A stretch of DNA of 64,000 nucleotides from Anaeramoeba ignava BMAN (taxonomy: Eukaryota; Protista; Anaeramoebae). Position 1 is the stretch's first letter; the number at the start of each line of letters is the position of its first letter. The DNA is taken from assembly GCA_028826165.1 (NCBI GenBank), contig JAPDFW010000057.1:62001-126000 (forward strand), given 5' to 3'. Shown piece after piece: positions 10,401 to 23,857 of the stretch. Position numbers and translations under genes: made by a program. The notes below the pieces were generated by a model that saw only the letters and a list, made by a program, of their open reading frames with translations, did no database searches and was not told where the DNA came from.

Positions 10401-13400
10401 ATGAAGCAGATGCATCAATAATAACTGTATAAGTTGTGTTTCCCAATATTCCTTCAATCGAGAAAGATGATTGATCAGTACCCAAAAGAACACATTCATC
10501 TCCATAATACAAGGCATAATATTCCAAATAATCATCCAAATCTAATAAATCCCAAGTGCAACTGAATCCAAGATCAATTCCTTCACATTGGAAATCAAGA
10601 ACATAACCTAATCTTGGTGTAACTAATACATAATTGCTTTGAGGTCCCCAAATTGTATCTGTGCAAACATCATCTCCACATGCTCTTAACCGGAGAGTGT
10701 ATTCATAGTTTCCAGGTACATTCTCAATATATCCATACAAATAATTTCCCTTGTTTGTGATATTACTCAATATTCTCCAAGTGCTTCCATTATCAATAGA
10801 AGCCGCATACCCTTCAGCAAGTGAAACTGGATTAAATGATACACCAATAGTTTGGATAAGTCCATCAGTTGAATCAATAGTTGGTGCATCTAATGGGTTT
10901 GTTGTAATTGTGGTTGTTGAATCATATCCATTTGCATTATCATTATCACAACTTGAATGTGCACATGCATGTACGGTTATTTCATAAAGAGTACTTCCTG
11001 GAAGATCAGTAGCATTATAGTAAGTTTGTGTTGGATCTAAATGTTTAGTAGTTCCGTTGTAATCAAAATAATATCCTCCTAAATAATCAGGATAGTCTAT
11101 CATATCCCAACTACAGTAAAATCCAAGTGTTTGTGGTGAACATTCAAGATTGTTGATATCTCCCAAAATAGGTGTTAAAGCTTCATTATTACTTGCTAAT
11201 CCAGCAAGTTCAACATCACAAGATGAATTAGCACAAGCTCTTATTTGGATATTATATTGATAGTTTCCAGGTAAAGGATATATCTCAGCCCAGCAACTTC
11301 CTTCTTCACAATCACCTATCCAATCAGGAATATACCAACTTGAACCACTATCATTCGAAACAAGATAATCTGTTATTGAATCAATTAGAGTGAAATTAAT
11401 ATCAATTTCATCAGGCCATTCAAGATTCCAATCAACAATTTGTGGAGCTGCAATAGAAATTGTTGTAAGTGAAGTTGATGAATTATAACCTGAATAATCA
11501 TTTGAACTGCAATCTGAACTTGCTGAGCCACTAACATAAATATCATAATAAGTATCTCCAGGTAAAAGTGGTGAATCAAAAGTTTCTGTTCCAGATCCAA
11601 TACATGCCAATGCATCGTTATACCACAAAGAATATCCATTTAATCCTTCATTAAGCGCTATCGCATCCCAACTACAATTAAATCCAGATGTGTGACTTGT
11701 ACATGCTAATCCACTAATATTTCCAATTTTGGGTGTGATAGTTTCAGAACTGCTTGCTGGCCCGCAAATATCAGCTGTGCAATCTGTATCTGCACAAGCA
11801 CGCACTTTCACAGAATAATCAACATTTCCATCAAGACCAGTTACAACACCACTTAAATAAGTTGTGTGATCTGTTGAATCCAAGACACTCCAATTTGTTC
11901 CATCATCAACGGAAACTGCATAATTCACTGCATCTGTTACTTTTGTGAAATCAAACGAAACTTGTTCAACTTCTCCTGAATATGTGGTAGTTATTGTTGG
12001 TGTTCCAAGAGTGTTGGTTGTAACATTTGTTGTTGAATTCAATCCTGAATAATCACTTGCTGTACATTCTGAATCTGCTTGAGCTGAAACTGAAATTATA
12101 TAGAAATCACCTCCTGCAAGAGGATCTTCAGGAGAGAAAGATAATTGTCCTGGAGGTAAACATACATAAGTTGAATTGTAATAGAGTAAAAAGGTTCCTA
12201 ATCCATCAGCTCGAACTAAATTATCCCATGAACAACTGAATCCTGAAGTTTCAGATGAGCAACTCAATCCAGTTATGTTTCCCAATTTTGCAGATACAGT
12301 TTCTGATTCTCCTGCTGGTCCTGCTATAGATTCAGTACAACTAGAATTAGCACAAGCACGCACTGCAATAGAATATTCAACATTTCCTTCAACAGGTGTT
12401 ACATATCCACTGCAAGTTCCTGATGCTTTCAATCCAGATTCCATATTTTTAGTTACAGAACAATCTACTGTAGCTGTGAATGATTGCCAACTTCCATCAA
12501 TAGAAATTTGATAATTTTGTGCTCCTGCAATTTCATCAAAGTAAACATAGATAACCTCAACTCCATAATTAGCTTGTGGAAATATTAGGTGCTTCAAGCT
12601 CAATAGAAGTCACATATGTTGTTGATGCATCTCCTGAATAAGTATCTGAAGAACAAGTACTTGATGCTGATGCCAAAACTGTGATTGTGAAATTGTGATC
12701 TCCAACAAGTTGTGTTTTGTTTACAGTTGTGGTTCCATTATCAATACATATTACTGATCCATCATATGTGAGTTTGTATTTCACTAATCCTGCTGCTAAT
12801 GTTAATGCATCCCAATTGCAACTGAATCCTGTGATTTCTGGTGTGCAACTTAATCCAGTGATATCTCCCAATCGTGCTGTCATTGTGGTGGCATTGCTTG
12901 CTGGTCCTGCTAAACTATCAGTACATGCTGTATCTGCACATGCTCGCAATTTAACTTCCATTGCTTGATTTCCAGCTAATCCTGTTTTGTCTCCTTCACA
13001 CGGTGTTCCAGCTCCATATCTTCCTGTTTCTTCTTCAAATCCCAATAACAATCCACAATAATCTGTTGTGAAATTCTCCCATGTACTTCCATCATCAGTT
13101 GAAATTTGATATCCTAATGCTCCTTGGACTTCATCAAAATATATATCAAGTTCTTCAATTAATTCAACATAACTTGTTATCACTGGTGCTTGTAAAGGTA
13201 ATGTTGTTACACTTGTTGTTTCATTTGCTCCTGAATATGTTTGATATTCACAATTTACTGAATCTGAACTTGCAAATATTATTATATCTAATAAAAGATC
13301 TCCTTGCATTTGTGTTTTTTGGATTGTTGTTGTATCTGGTGTTAAACATTCAAATGTTTCTCCATATTGGAATCCATATCCTTCTAATCCTGTTGTGTAT

Positions 13401-15796
13401 ACTAATCCACTCCAAGTACAATTAAATCCTGTGCTGATTCCAGTACAATCCAAATTGGTTACAACTCCCAAATCTGGTGTTAAATATTCAACTTCACTTG
13501 CATCTCCTGTAAAATCACATGATGAATCTCCACAAGCTCGAACTGTAACATTATATTGAATATTCCCACTTATTCCTGATACAATTCCTGTAAATGTTCC
13601 TCCAACATCATTTTCACTTGTGAAATCTTGCCAACTACTTGAATTATCCAAAGAAACTTGATATTTCACTGCTCCTGAAATATCTACAAATGAAACATTA
13701 AATTCTTCAACTCCTGCATCTGCTGTTGAGATAATAACTTGTGGAAGTAATGTTCTTACATCTTGGGTTACATTAGGCCCACAATTCCCATAAGAATCAC
13801 ATGCTTGGATTTTGACTGTGTAATTTTGATTTTGATCATTAACATCAAAACTTTTTGGTGAATCAGATATTGAGAATAATCCATTTTCACTTGTGGCTTG
13901 ATTTTGATAATACAATATGTATTCTGTTGGTGGTCTTGTTCCATATGGTGCATCCCATATACAATCTATTGTAATCACATTAGAAATTGTGCAATTAAAA
14001 TTCTCAACATATCCAAACCAAGTGTAAATTGATTCACTTGATACTTCTCCTTCATCATCTCCTTCACAAGCAGATGTTCTACAAGCACTAATATACACAC
14101 TATAATTAGTGTTGTTAACAAGACTAGAAATCAAATGAGTTGTATCAGTATTAAGTGCTGTTTCAGTTTGGCTCTCAATTCCACTTGCATTATATACAAT
14201 TTGGTAATGATCAAGGTTTGGATCTCCTGAAATATACTGAACATTAGGCACATCCCATGTTAAGGAAATTGAGTACATATTCTGAATACTTATATCTGTT
14301 ATTGTGGGTGCATCAATTCTTGTTGTTAAAGAAACACTTGAAAAATCTCCTTTAAGTCCTGTTGTTGTGTTAATTGCTTGGATGTAAATTTCGTAATACT
14401 CATTTCCATAAACATCTGAATAATTTGGTGAGCTGAAAAGTTCGGTAACTGTTGTTGAATTAAAATCTGTAAAATCTGTAGCATTTCGTTGGAAATATGT
14501 TCCATTATAACTCATGTTGTATATAAGTCCTGCTTCAACTTTACTCCAATAACATTGAAACTCTGAAAACAACGAATCGCAACTAAGATCTAATGTTTGT
14601 GGAGTTACATATCTTTCAAAACTATATGCTCTTCCTACATCAGCATTAAAAGTAATTGGATCATTATAAGCTGGTTGGCCAATAACAAGATCTATTCCAT
14701 ATGGTGAAATACTTCTTCCAAACTCTGAATTGGGTTGTGGATTTGGTGCTGAAAGATTTCCTACATTTTGCCATGTTCCTTCAATATTTTCATAAAAGAA
14801 ACATAATCCATTTAAGCTATTAAAGTTGGGAGCTCCTACAATCAAAAATTCTCCAGAAATAGCAACACTTTGTCCAAATAGATCAGCCCCAGTTGCACCT
14901 GATGCAAAATTCGCCACAAGACTAAAATCACTTGAACTATCAGGTCTTTCATAATAATGTGCTCTTCCAGCACTTGAAACATTTGTGGATCCGATCATAA
15001 GTTGATTTTCGTAAAGATAGAGAGATGCTCCAAAACTGCCTATTGTGAATGGATTCACTATTGTTTGACTAAGTACCCATGATTCACCATCATCGAAGTA
15101 TCTATAAACCTTCTGACTTAATGTTGCTCCAATAATCAAATCAGTATTATTCAAAAAAACACTCATTCCAAAATTTTCTCCTGCAACTTGCCCATTTATA
15201 CTTTGGATGCTACTCCAACTACTTCCAGAATTTTCATAAATGTAAACTGCTCCTTGACTACTGGCATTACCTGGAGCACCAACAGCAACTTTTGTTCCAT
15301 CCAAATAAACACTAGTTCCAAATTGGTCAGCACTAAAACCAGCATTAATGTACTCATTAAAAACAAATGAACCTGAATCATAATCATAGAAATAAACACG
15401 ACCTGGATTAGTGTTATGGGGAGCACCAACAACAAGATAGCTATCCGATATAGAAACACTATATCCCCATAACATGCCTGAAATTTCAGCACTTCCATCA
15501 TCAGTCATATTCAAACTTTGGGTATATTGCCATGTGCCTGATATGAACTCGAAAATATCCACTCTTCCCACATTATCAGTACTTCCAATCTTTGCGTAAG
15601 GTACTCCAACTGCTATTTTATCGCTATGAAACGACACCGAATCTCCAAATCTATCTATGTTTGTATCCGTACCAAGATTAGTAAATGTGGTTGTGTTTAC
15701 CCATACAAATTCTGCACTTTTTATTCCCATAAATGTAAAAAGTATGTTTGTTGCAAAAATCAAAAGAAATATTGAAAATAAAGAACCTTTCCTCAT
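7461..15796 (-). CDS. Giant surface protein A (~2777 aa after removing two +1 indels): signal peptide, FG-GAP beta-propeller, 3 FN3 + 11 Cys-containing double-FN3 units, C-terminal GPI-like hydrophobic tail
   Basis: Three ORFs (12569-15796, 8254-12603, 7461-8246) join if one base is removed at ~12578 (TCCA>TCA gives ISQANYGVE) and one at ~8268 (gives YNSDSICLDS). FG..V....VGAP repeats and ~185-aa units (GN..Y...RAC...C...GP.S, GF.C.W) are present. Confidence 0.85.
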
Positions 15797-16247
15797 TTTT
15801 GCTCTTTTTCTGTTTATTTTTTATAAATTTAAATTTGGAATTAAAGAAAATGAACATAATTAATAAACAAAACAACACAAATCAATTATTAATTTTTAAT
15901 TTTTAGTTTTTAAAAAGGGATAAAATATTAAGAAAAAAAATTTTTTTAATTTTAAATTTAATTTTAAATATAATTTTTAATATAATTTTTATTATAATTT
16001 TAAATATAATTACTAATTTTAAATGAATTGTTTTTTATTATTTAATTTGACTATAATATAAAATTAACGAAAAGGTTGTGGAAAAAAAAATGGTTATTAG
16101 TTTTTGTTTTTTTTTCTTTTATTCCCTTTTTATTTAATTAATTTTTTATTTATTTTTATTTTAGGGGGCAATTGATCTTTCTTTCTTTTATTATTTTTTA
16201 ATTTAAAAAAAAATTTTTTTTTCTTTTTTATTTTAATTTTAATTAAA
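12596..16247. repeat. Segmental duplication copy 1 (~3.65 kb; 5' half of the surface gene plus ~450 bp upstream), direct repeat of 28214-31863
   Basis: Near-identical sequence at a constant offset of 15618 bp through the coding part. Confidence 0.95.
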
Positions 16248-16712
16248 TTTTATTTAAAAGAATAACAAACAAAAGCAAAAAAAAAAAAATTTTTTTTAAA
16301 TTAAAAAAGGGTATTTTTTAAAAGAATTTAAATAAGAAAGAGAAAACAATTAACAATTCATTCCTTAAAAAAAACTTTCAAGATCGTTAACTATTGTTTT
16401 AAAAAAAAACAAACAATTAACTTGTTTCTTGTTTTTTGTTTTTTTGTTTTTTTGTTTTTTATTTAGAGATAATTCTTAATTAATTTCTACCCCCTATATT
16501 AAAATTAATTCAAATTTGTGTATTGAATTAAAGAGTTTTGTTTTAAATTAATTGAAATTCTTTTATTCGTTTCAATTAATTTAATTTTTCCTTTTTTTTT
16601 TGTTTCTTTTATTTATTTAATAAGAATTAAAAAAAAAAAAGAAAAAAAAATTTTTTTTTTAAATTAAAAAAAAGAAGAAAAAAAGAAGAAAAAAAAAACA
16701 ATTTAATTTAAA

Positions 16713-19700
16713 TTAAAGAAAAAAAGAAGAACAATTCTCGATTGTATGAGAAACACAAATAGAAACAAAGATCCTTTTAGTATTCCATTCAGATTGAAAA
16801 ATTTTTTTGGAGAAATTTTTCTCTGAAGGAGAAATGTTTGAATTTGCGGATGAAATTAGACGCACAACTTGTGTTTCCATAGATAAATTTGGGATGTTGA
16901 TTAGATCTAAATCTAAATTTAGATTTGGATTTATATTTAAAATTTTGTTGTTTTTGTTTTTGTTTTGATTTTGTTCCGTATCTTGAATTGCTTGTGATTT
17001 GATGTTGTTTTTGTTTTTGTTTTTGTTTTTGTTTTTGTTTTTGTTTTTGTTTTTGTTTTTGTTTTTGTTTTTGTTTTTGCGTTGATCTTTGAGTGTTTGA
17101 TTGATCTCATGAGAGCACAATTGAGCTGCATCGTGGAGAGAGTCGCTTGTGACAAACATTTTCATTTTAAGGACACGACTACGGTTAACGAGAACAAAAA
17201 CGGAACAACGGAAGATCTTTGTGGATTTAGGGAAAAGATCGGTGACTTTCTGCATCTTTTGAAGAAGATCGTTATTGATGGTGGTGACTGTAAGAGTTAA
17301 GCTCTTGATCCATTCTTGGGCCAGTTGCGGGTGTTGGACGGTGATTTTTGCCTTCCATTTGGGAGTAAGAATTTTGAACATTGCTGGATCTTTGAGGGGG
17401 ATGATCCACATTGACGCTGTTGATGCGGAGACAACTACCACTGATTGGGTGCCGTTGATATGAGCAGTGGGGCTTGTTTGAACAAGGTAGATCCTGTTGC
17501 TGAACAAAACAATTTTGGAGGCTGTTGCGTGCTTTTGATTTGTGGACTGCTCATTGACAAGAGAGACTGAGATAACTGCTTCTCCCTGGCGCACGAAGAA
17601 GCGTGTGGGATCGTCCATGGTGTGTTTAGAGATCCGCGGTGGCGAGCATTGCAGACTCTGATCCTCCACAGTCACAAGGTTCCGGATGTACTGCGAATCT
17701 TTGGTGATGTTCTTTGCAAACGCGCTCATTCCTCGCAAGCGCTTTGTTGTGTGCGGATGAAAGAAGGGCTCTGCAGCTTCATAGATCTGTTGCAGATGCT
17801 GCTCGTAGATCTGGATCCGTACAAGTGGTAACGCAAACAGATCGTGGATTGTTAGATCCTTTTTTGAGATCTCCCGCGCTTTGGCTTTCAGATATCTCCC
17901 AAAAGGTGCGCATTGGTTTGTGTATAACTGTACATTCGGTACATATTCTGTGAACTTCTCGAAATAGTTCTTGTATGCTGAGAGCACTTTCGGCATCTGT
18001 GAGAGAATTCTGTTGAACACCTTCTCCTGGATGTTAGGGTTACTTCTCGTCTGTACAAGAAGCTTCAAATGCTGCAAGCTAATCTGTTCGATTTTAGCGA
18101 GACTGTCAAATAGTGGTGCGATCTTGTTATGTGGGATTTCTGAGAGTCTCATTTTGGAGATTTTCATTGGTTTTGTTTGCGATATATTTCCAATTTCCGA
18201 TTTATTTTCATTTCTTGATCTCCTTTCAATTTCCGATTTATTTTCAATTTCCGATTTATTTTCATTTCTTGATCTCCTTTCATGTTCAGATTTATTTTCA
18301 TATTCCAATTTATTTTCAATTTCCAATTTATTTTCAATTTCCAATTTATTTTCAATTTCAGATTTATTTTCAATTTCCAATTTATTTTCAAGTTCAAATT
18401 TATTTTCAATTTCCAATTTATTTTCAATTTCAGATTTATTTTCAATTTCAGATTTATTTTCAAGTTCAGATTTATTTTCAAGTTCAGATTTATTTTCATG
18501 TCCAGATTTATTTTCATATTCCAATTTATTTTCATCGGGAGATTTCTTGTTCCTTATCAACCTTTCCAGAAGTGTTTTGCCCACACTATTCACAAGAAAG
18601 TGGACATGAGAGTAAAAGATATTTTCCTTTTCTTCCCATTCCACAAGTGTTTTTTGTCGTTGATACTCCTTGAAAAGTATGTTCACAAGGTTGCGATCTT
18701 GCGAGAATAGAGCCAGAACATGCGGATGCCTGGCATTCTCAGCAAAAACAACGCGTACCTTCCTTTCCAGCAAATACAAGCAGATGAACTTATGTCCGTT
18801 TTCTGCCGCAATTTGGATCGGACTGTTTCCATTACTTCTCCTCTCATTAACATCTGCGCCGAACTTTACAAGCAGCTTCAAGCATTTCAAATGGCCATTC
18901 TTGCATGCAATCCCAAGACAACTATAGCCGTCTTTTGTCACTACATTTTTGTGTGCTCCATTCTCCAAAAGCAACTTTGCTGCCTCTGTATGTCCATTGG
19001 ACAGTGCAAATATCAATGCTGTCCATCCATCTACACTCTTCATCTCGAGATCAGGTTTAAATTTCAACAACAATCCCAAGCAATCCGAGTGACCCTTTGC
19101 TGCCGCCAAATGCAAAGCTGTTCTTCTTTGCTTTTCTACCGCATTAACGTCTGCACCGTAGCTCAGAAGTAATGACAATGAGGACAAGGATCCCTATCAT
19201 TAAAATTTAAATTAAAATCAAAATCAAAATTAAAATTCTTCAACCAATATTTTACAGATTGTGCTGCTATATGAAGAGGTGTATATCCATTTGATGTTAC
19301 AGCTCGTATATCATATCCTTGTTCAATTAATTTGTATAGATTTTCGGCATCGTTTTTCAGTACACTTTCGATCAACTCTGCATTAGATTGTTGTCTAATC
19401 CAAAAATTTGAATCAATATTATATCAATATTAAATCAATATTAAATAAATATTTAAATCAATTTTAAATAAATATTAAATAAATATTAAATAAATATTAA
19501 ATAAATTTTAAATCAATTTCAAATCAATTTTAAATAAATATTAAATAAATATTAAATAAATATTAAATAAATATTAAATAAATATTAAATAAATATTAAA
19601 TAAATATTAAATAAATTTTAAATAAATATTAAATAAATATTAAATAAATTTTAAATCAATTTTTAAATAAATATTAAATAAATATTAAATAAATATTAAA

Positions 19701-22700
19701 TAAATATTAAATAAATATTAAATAAATATTAAATAAATATTAAATAAATATTAAATCAATATTATATCAATATTAAATAAATATTAAATAAATATTAAAT
19801 AAATATTATATCAATATTAAATAAATATTAAATAAATATTAAATAAATATTAAATAAATATTAAATAAATATTAAATAAATATTAAATAAATATTAAATA
19901 AATATTAAATAAATATTAAATAAATATTAAATAAATATTAAATAAATTTTAAATAAATATTAAATAAATCAATATTATATCAATATTAAATCAATATTAA
20001 ATAAATATTTAAATCAATTTTAAATAAATATTAAATAAATATTGAATAAATATTAAATAAATATTAAATAAATTTTAAATAAATTTTAAATCAATTTTAA
20101 ATCAATATTAAATAAATATTAAATAAATTTTAAATCAATTTTTAAATAAATATTAAATAAATATTAAATAAATATTAAATAAATATTAAATAAATATTAA
20201 ATAAATATTAAATAAATATTAAATAAATATTAAATAAATATTAAATAAATATTTAAATAAATATTAAATAAATATTAAATAAATATTAAATAAATATTAA
20301 ATCAATATTATATCAATATTAAATAAATAAATATTAAATAAATATTAAATAAATATTAAATAAATATTAAATAAATATTAAATAAATATTAAATAAATAT
20401 TAAATAAATATTAAATCAATTTTAAATAAATATTAAATAAATATTAAATAAATATTAAATAAATATTAAATAAATATTAAATAAATATTAAATAAATATT
20501 AAATAAATTTTAAAAATATTTTAAATAAATTTTAAATAAATATTAAATAAATATTAAATAAATATTTAAATCAATTTTAAATAAATATTAAATAAATATT
20601 AAATAAATATTAAATAAATATTAAATAAATTTTAAATAAATTTTAAATAAATTTTAAATCAATTTTAAATCAATATTAAATAAATTTTAAATCAATTTTT
20701 AAATAAATATTAAATAAATATTAAATCAATATTATATCAAATTTAATAAATATTAAATAAATATTAAATAAATATTAAATAAATATTAAATCAATATTAA
20801 ATAAATATTAAATAAATATTAAATAAATATTATATCAATATTAAATAAATATTAAATAAATATTTAAATCAATATTAAATAAATAAATATTAAATAAATA
20901 TTAAATAAATATTAAATAAATATTAAATAAATATTAAATAAATATTAAATAAATATTAAATCAATATTAAATCAATATTAAATAAATATTAAATAAATTT
21001 TTAAATAAATTTTAAATAAATATTAAATAAATATTTAAATCAATATTATATCAATTTTAAATAAATATTAAAATAAATATTAAATAAATATTTAAATCAA
21101 TATTAAATCAATATTAAATAAATATTAAATAAATATTTAAATAAATATTAAATAAATATTAAATAAATTTTAAATAAATTTTAAATCAATATTTAAATAA
21201 ATATTAAATAAATATTAAATAAATATTAAATCAATATTTAAATAAATATTTAAATAAATATTAAATAAATTTTAAATCAATTTCAAATAAATATTAAATA
21301 AATATTAAATAAATATTAAATAAATATTCAAATAAATATTAAATAAATATTAAATAAATTTTAAATAAATATTAAATAAATATTAAATAAATATTAAATA
21401 AATATTAAATAAATATTAAATAAATATTCAAATAAATATTAAATAAATATTAAATATTAAATAAATATTTAAATCAATATTAAATCAATATTAAATAAAT
21501 ATTAAATAAATTTTAAATAAATTTCAAATCAATTTTAAATCAATATTAAATAAATATTAAATAAATATTAAATCAATATTTAAATCAATATTTAAATAAA
21601 TATTAAATAAATTTTAAATCAATTTCAAATAAATATTAAATAAATATTAAATAAATATTAAATAAATATTAAATCAAATTATATTAAATAAATATTAAAT
21701 AAATTTTTAAATAAATATTAAATAAATTTTAAATCAATATTAAATATTAAATAAATATTAAATAAATATTAAATAAATATTAAAATAAATATTAAATAAA
21801 TATTAAATAAATATTAAATAAATATTAAATAAATATTTAAATCAATATTAAATCAATATTAAATAAATATTAAATAAATATTAAATAAATATTAAATAAA
21901 TATTAAATCAATATTAAATAAATATTGAATAAATATTAAATCAATATTATATCAATATTAAATCAATATTAAATCAATATTAAATAAATTTTAAATAAAT
22001 TTTAAATAAATATTATATAAATATTATATCAATATTATATCAATTTTAAATAAATATTAAATAAATATTAAATAAATATTAAATAAATATTAAATAAATA
22101 TTAAATAAATATTAAATCAAGTATATTAAAGTTATATCACAAACACTATCGATTGTTGCTGCTGCTCTTTCTGTTTTTGGCCATTTTTATTTGTTGGTGC
22201 ACCAGAAAATCGTAATAATTTACTGCATGCCTGATGACCATTCAAAATAGCAAGATCTAAAGGATATTCATTAAGATAATTCTGTACAAACAAATCAGCA
22301 TTATGCTGTAACAACATTTGGGTGCAATCTGTCTCACCATTTGCGCAAGAAATATGCAGAGCAGTTTCGCCAAGGGTGCTTCGTGTATTTACATCAGCAC
22401 CAACACTAAGCAAATATTCAAGACATTTATCCTCTCCTCGAGAAGCTGCAAAATGAACTGGAGTGCGTCCGTTATCCGTTTGATGATTTGGATTTGCTCC
22501 ATGATCTATCAAGGACTTGCACAAGTCCAGAAACCCAGATTGAGCTGCAATATGAAGTGCAGTTTGACCGTTTGTTGTCATTTGATGTACAGTAAAAGAA
22601 TTCACTAATGTTTTTGCTTTTGGTTCATCTCCATAAATAATTGAGCGATGAAGTTCTGTGAATCTATTTATGAAGGATAGGTTTTTAATTTTAATTTTAA

Positions 22701-23729
22701 TTTTAATTTTAATTTTATAAATGAATTTTAATTTTAATTTTATAAATGAATTTTAATTTTAATTTTAATTTTAATTTTAATTTTAATTTTATAAATGAAT
22801 TTTAATTTTAATTTTAATTTTAATTTTATAAATGAATTTTAATTTTAATTTTAATTTTAATTTTAATTTTATAAATGAATTTTAATTTTAATTTTAATTT
22901 TAATTTTAATTTTAATTTTAATTTTAATTTTAATTTTAATTTTAATTTAAATTTTAATTTTAATTTTAATTTTATAAATGAATTTTAATTATAATAATTT
23001 TATAAATGAATTTTAATTTTAATTTTAATTATAATAATTTTAATTTTAATTTTGAATTTAATTTTATAAATGAATTTTAATTTTGATTTTAATTTTATAA
23101 ATGAATTTTAATTTTAATTTTGATTTTATAAATGAATTTTAATTTTAATTTTGATTTTAATTTTAATTTTAATTTTGATTTTATAAATGAATTTTAATTT
23201 TAATTTTAATTTTAATTTTGATTTTAATTTTAATTTTAATTTTAATTTTGATTTTAATTTTAATTTTAATTTAAATTTTAATTTTGATTTTAATTTTAAT
23301 TTAAATTTTAATTTTGATTTTAATTTTGATTTTAATTTTATAAATGAATTTTAATTTTGATTTTGATTTTATAAATGAATTTGAATTTCTTGTAAATCAC
23401 CCTCGGTTTTGGTTCTGATCTTTATCAAGAAGAAGTAACTTGCGTGAAACATTTCTCCAAGTCATTAAAAGTTTTTTAATTTGTGTTTGGTGATAGAAAT
23501 CACATAAACTCTCTGTTGTTTCGCTGTTTCTGTATGGGATTTCTAAATCTGCTCCAAAATGAAGAAGTAACAAAACCGCTTGATAATTTCCTGATTTGAT
23601 TGCAATATGAAGCGGTGTTTCATCTTGTTCATTTAATTCGTTTGGATTTTGACCAGAATTGAGAAATGTTAAAATTTCCGTTCTTGTTCCTTTAGAAATG
23701 GCGTTATGTAATGGATATAATAAGCTCAT
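16713..23729 (-). CDS. Ankyrin-repeat protein with degenerate DH (RhoGEF-like) and PH domains, ~1155 aa; exons 23401-23729, 22145-22663, 19256-19394, 16713-19193
   Basis: About 12 ankyrin repeats (TPLH/TALH). The DH-like segments QRQKTLVEWEEKENIFY and LTIHDLFALPLVRIQIY align with the paralogue at 58709+. Splice phases are consistent. Confidence 0.85.
18190..18535 (-). repeat. Coding 18-bp tandem repeat (ENKSEI/ENKLEI hexapeptide) inside the DH-like domain
   Basis: Seen directly. Confidence 0.9.
19410..22125. repeat. Intronic satellite, 12-bp unit AAATAAATATTA, ~2.7 kb (intron 19395-22144)
   Basis: Tandem array seen directly. Confidence 0.95.
22680..23390. repeat. Intronic 6-bp satellite AATTTT interspersed with ATAAATG (intron 22664-23400)
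   Basis: Seen directly. Confidence 0.9.
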
Positions 23730-23857
23730 AATAATTGAAGAAAAATATAAAAGTGAAAAAATAAAAATGAAAAAAAAACGAAAAACCAAAAATTTTCCTT
23801 TTTTTTCTTTTTTTCTTTTTTTCATTTTTTTTTCATACTTTTTTTCAATTATTTCCA

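Noticed and set aside
8254-12603. Programmed frameshifting or pseudogene status for surface gene A (also the +1 indels at ~40234, ~56463 and ~56663)
   Set aside because: All are single-base extensions of short runs in otherwise intact frames, including in a likely essential gene (Man1/Src1). Long-read consensus error is the simplest explanation, though raw reads are needed to exclude real lesions.
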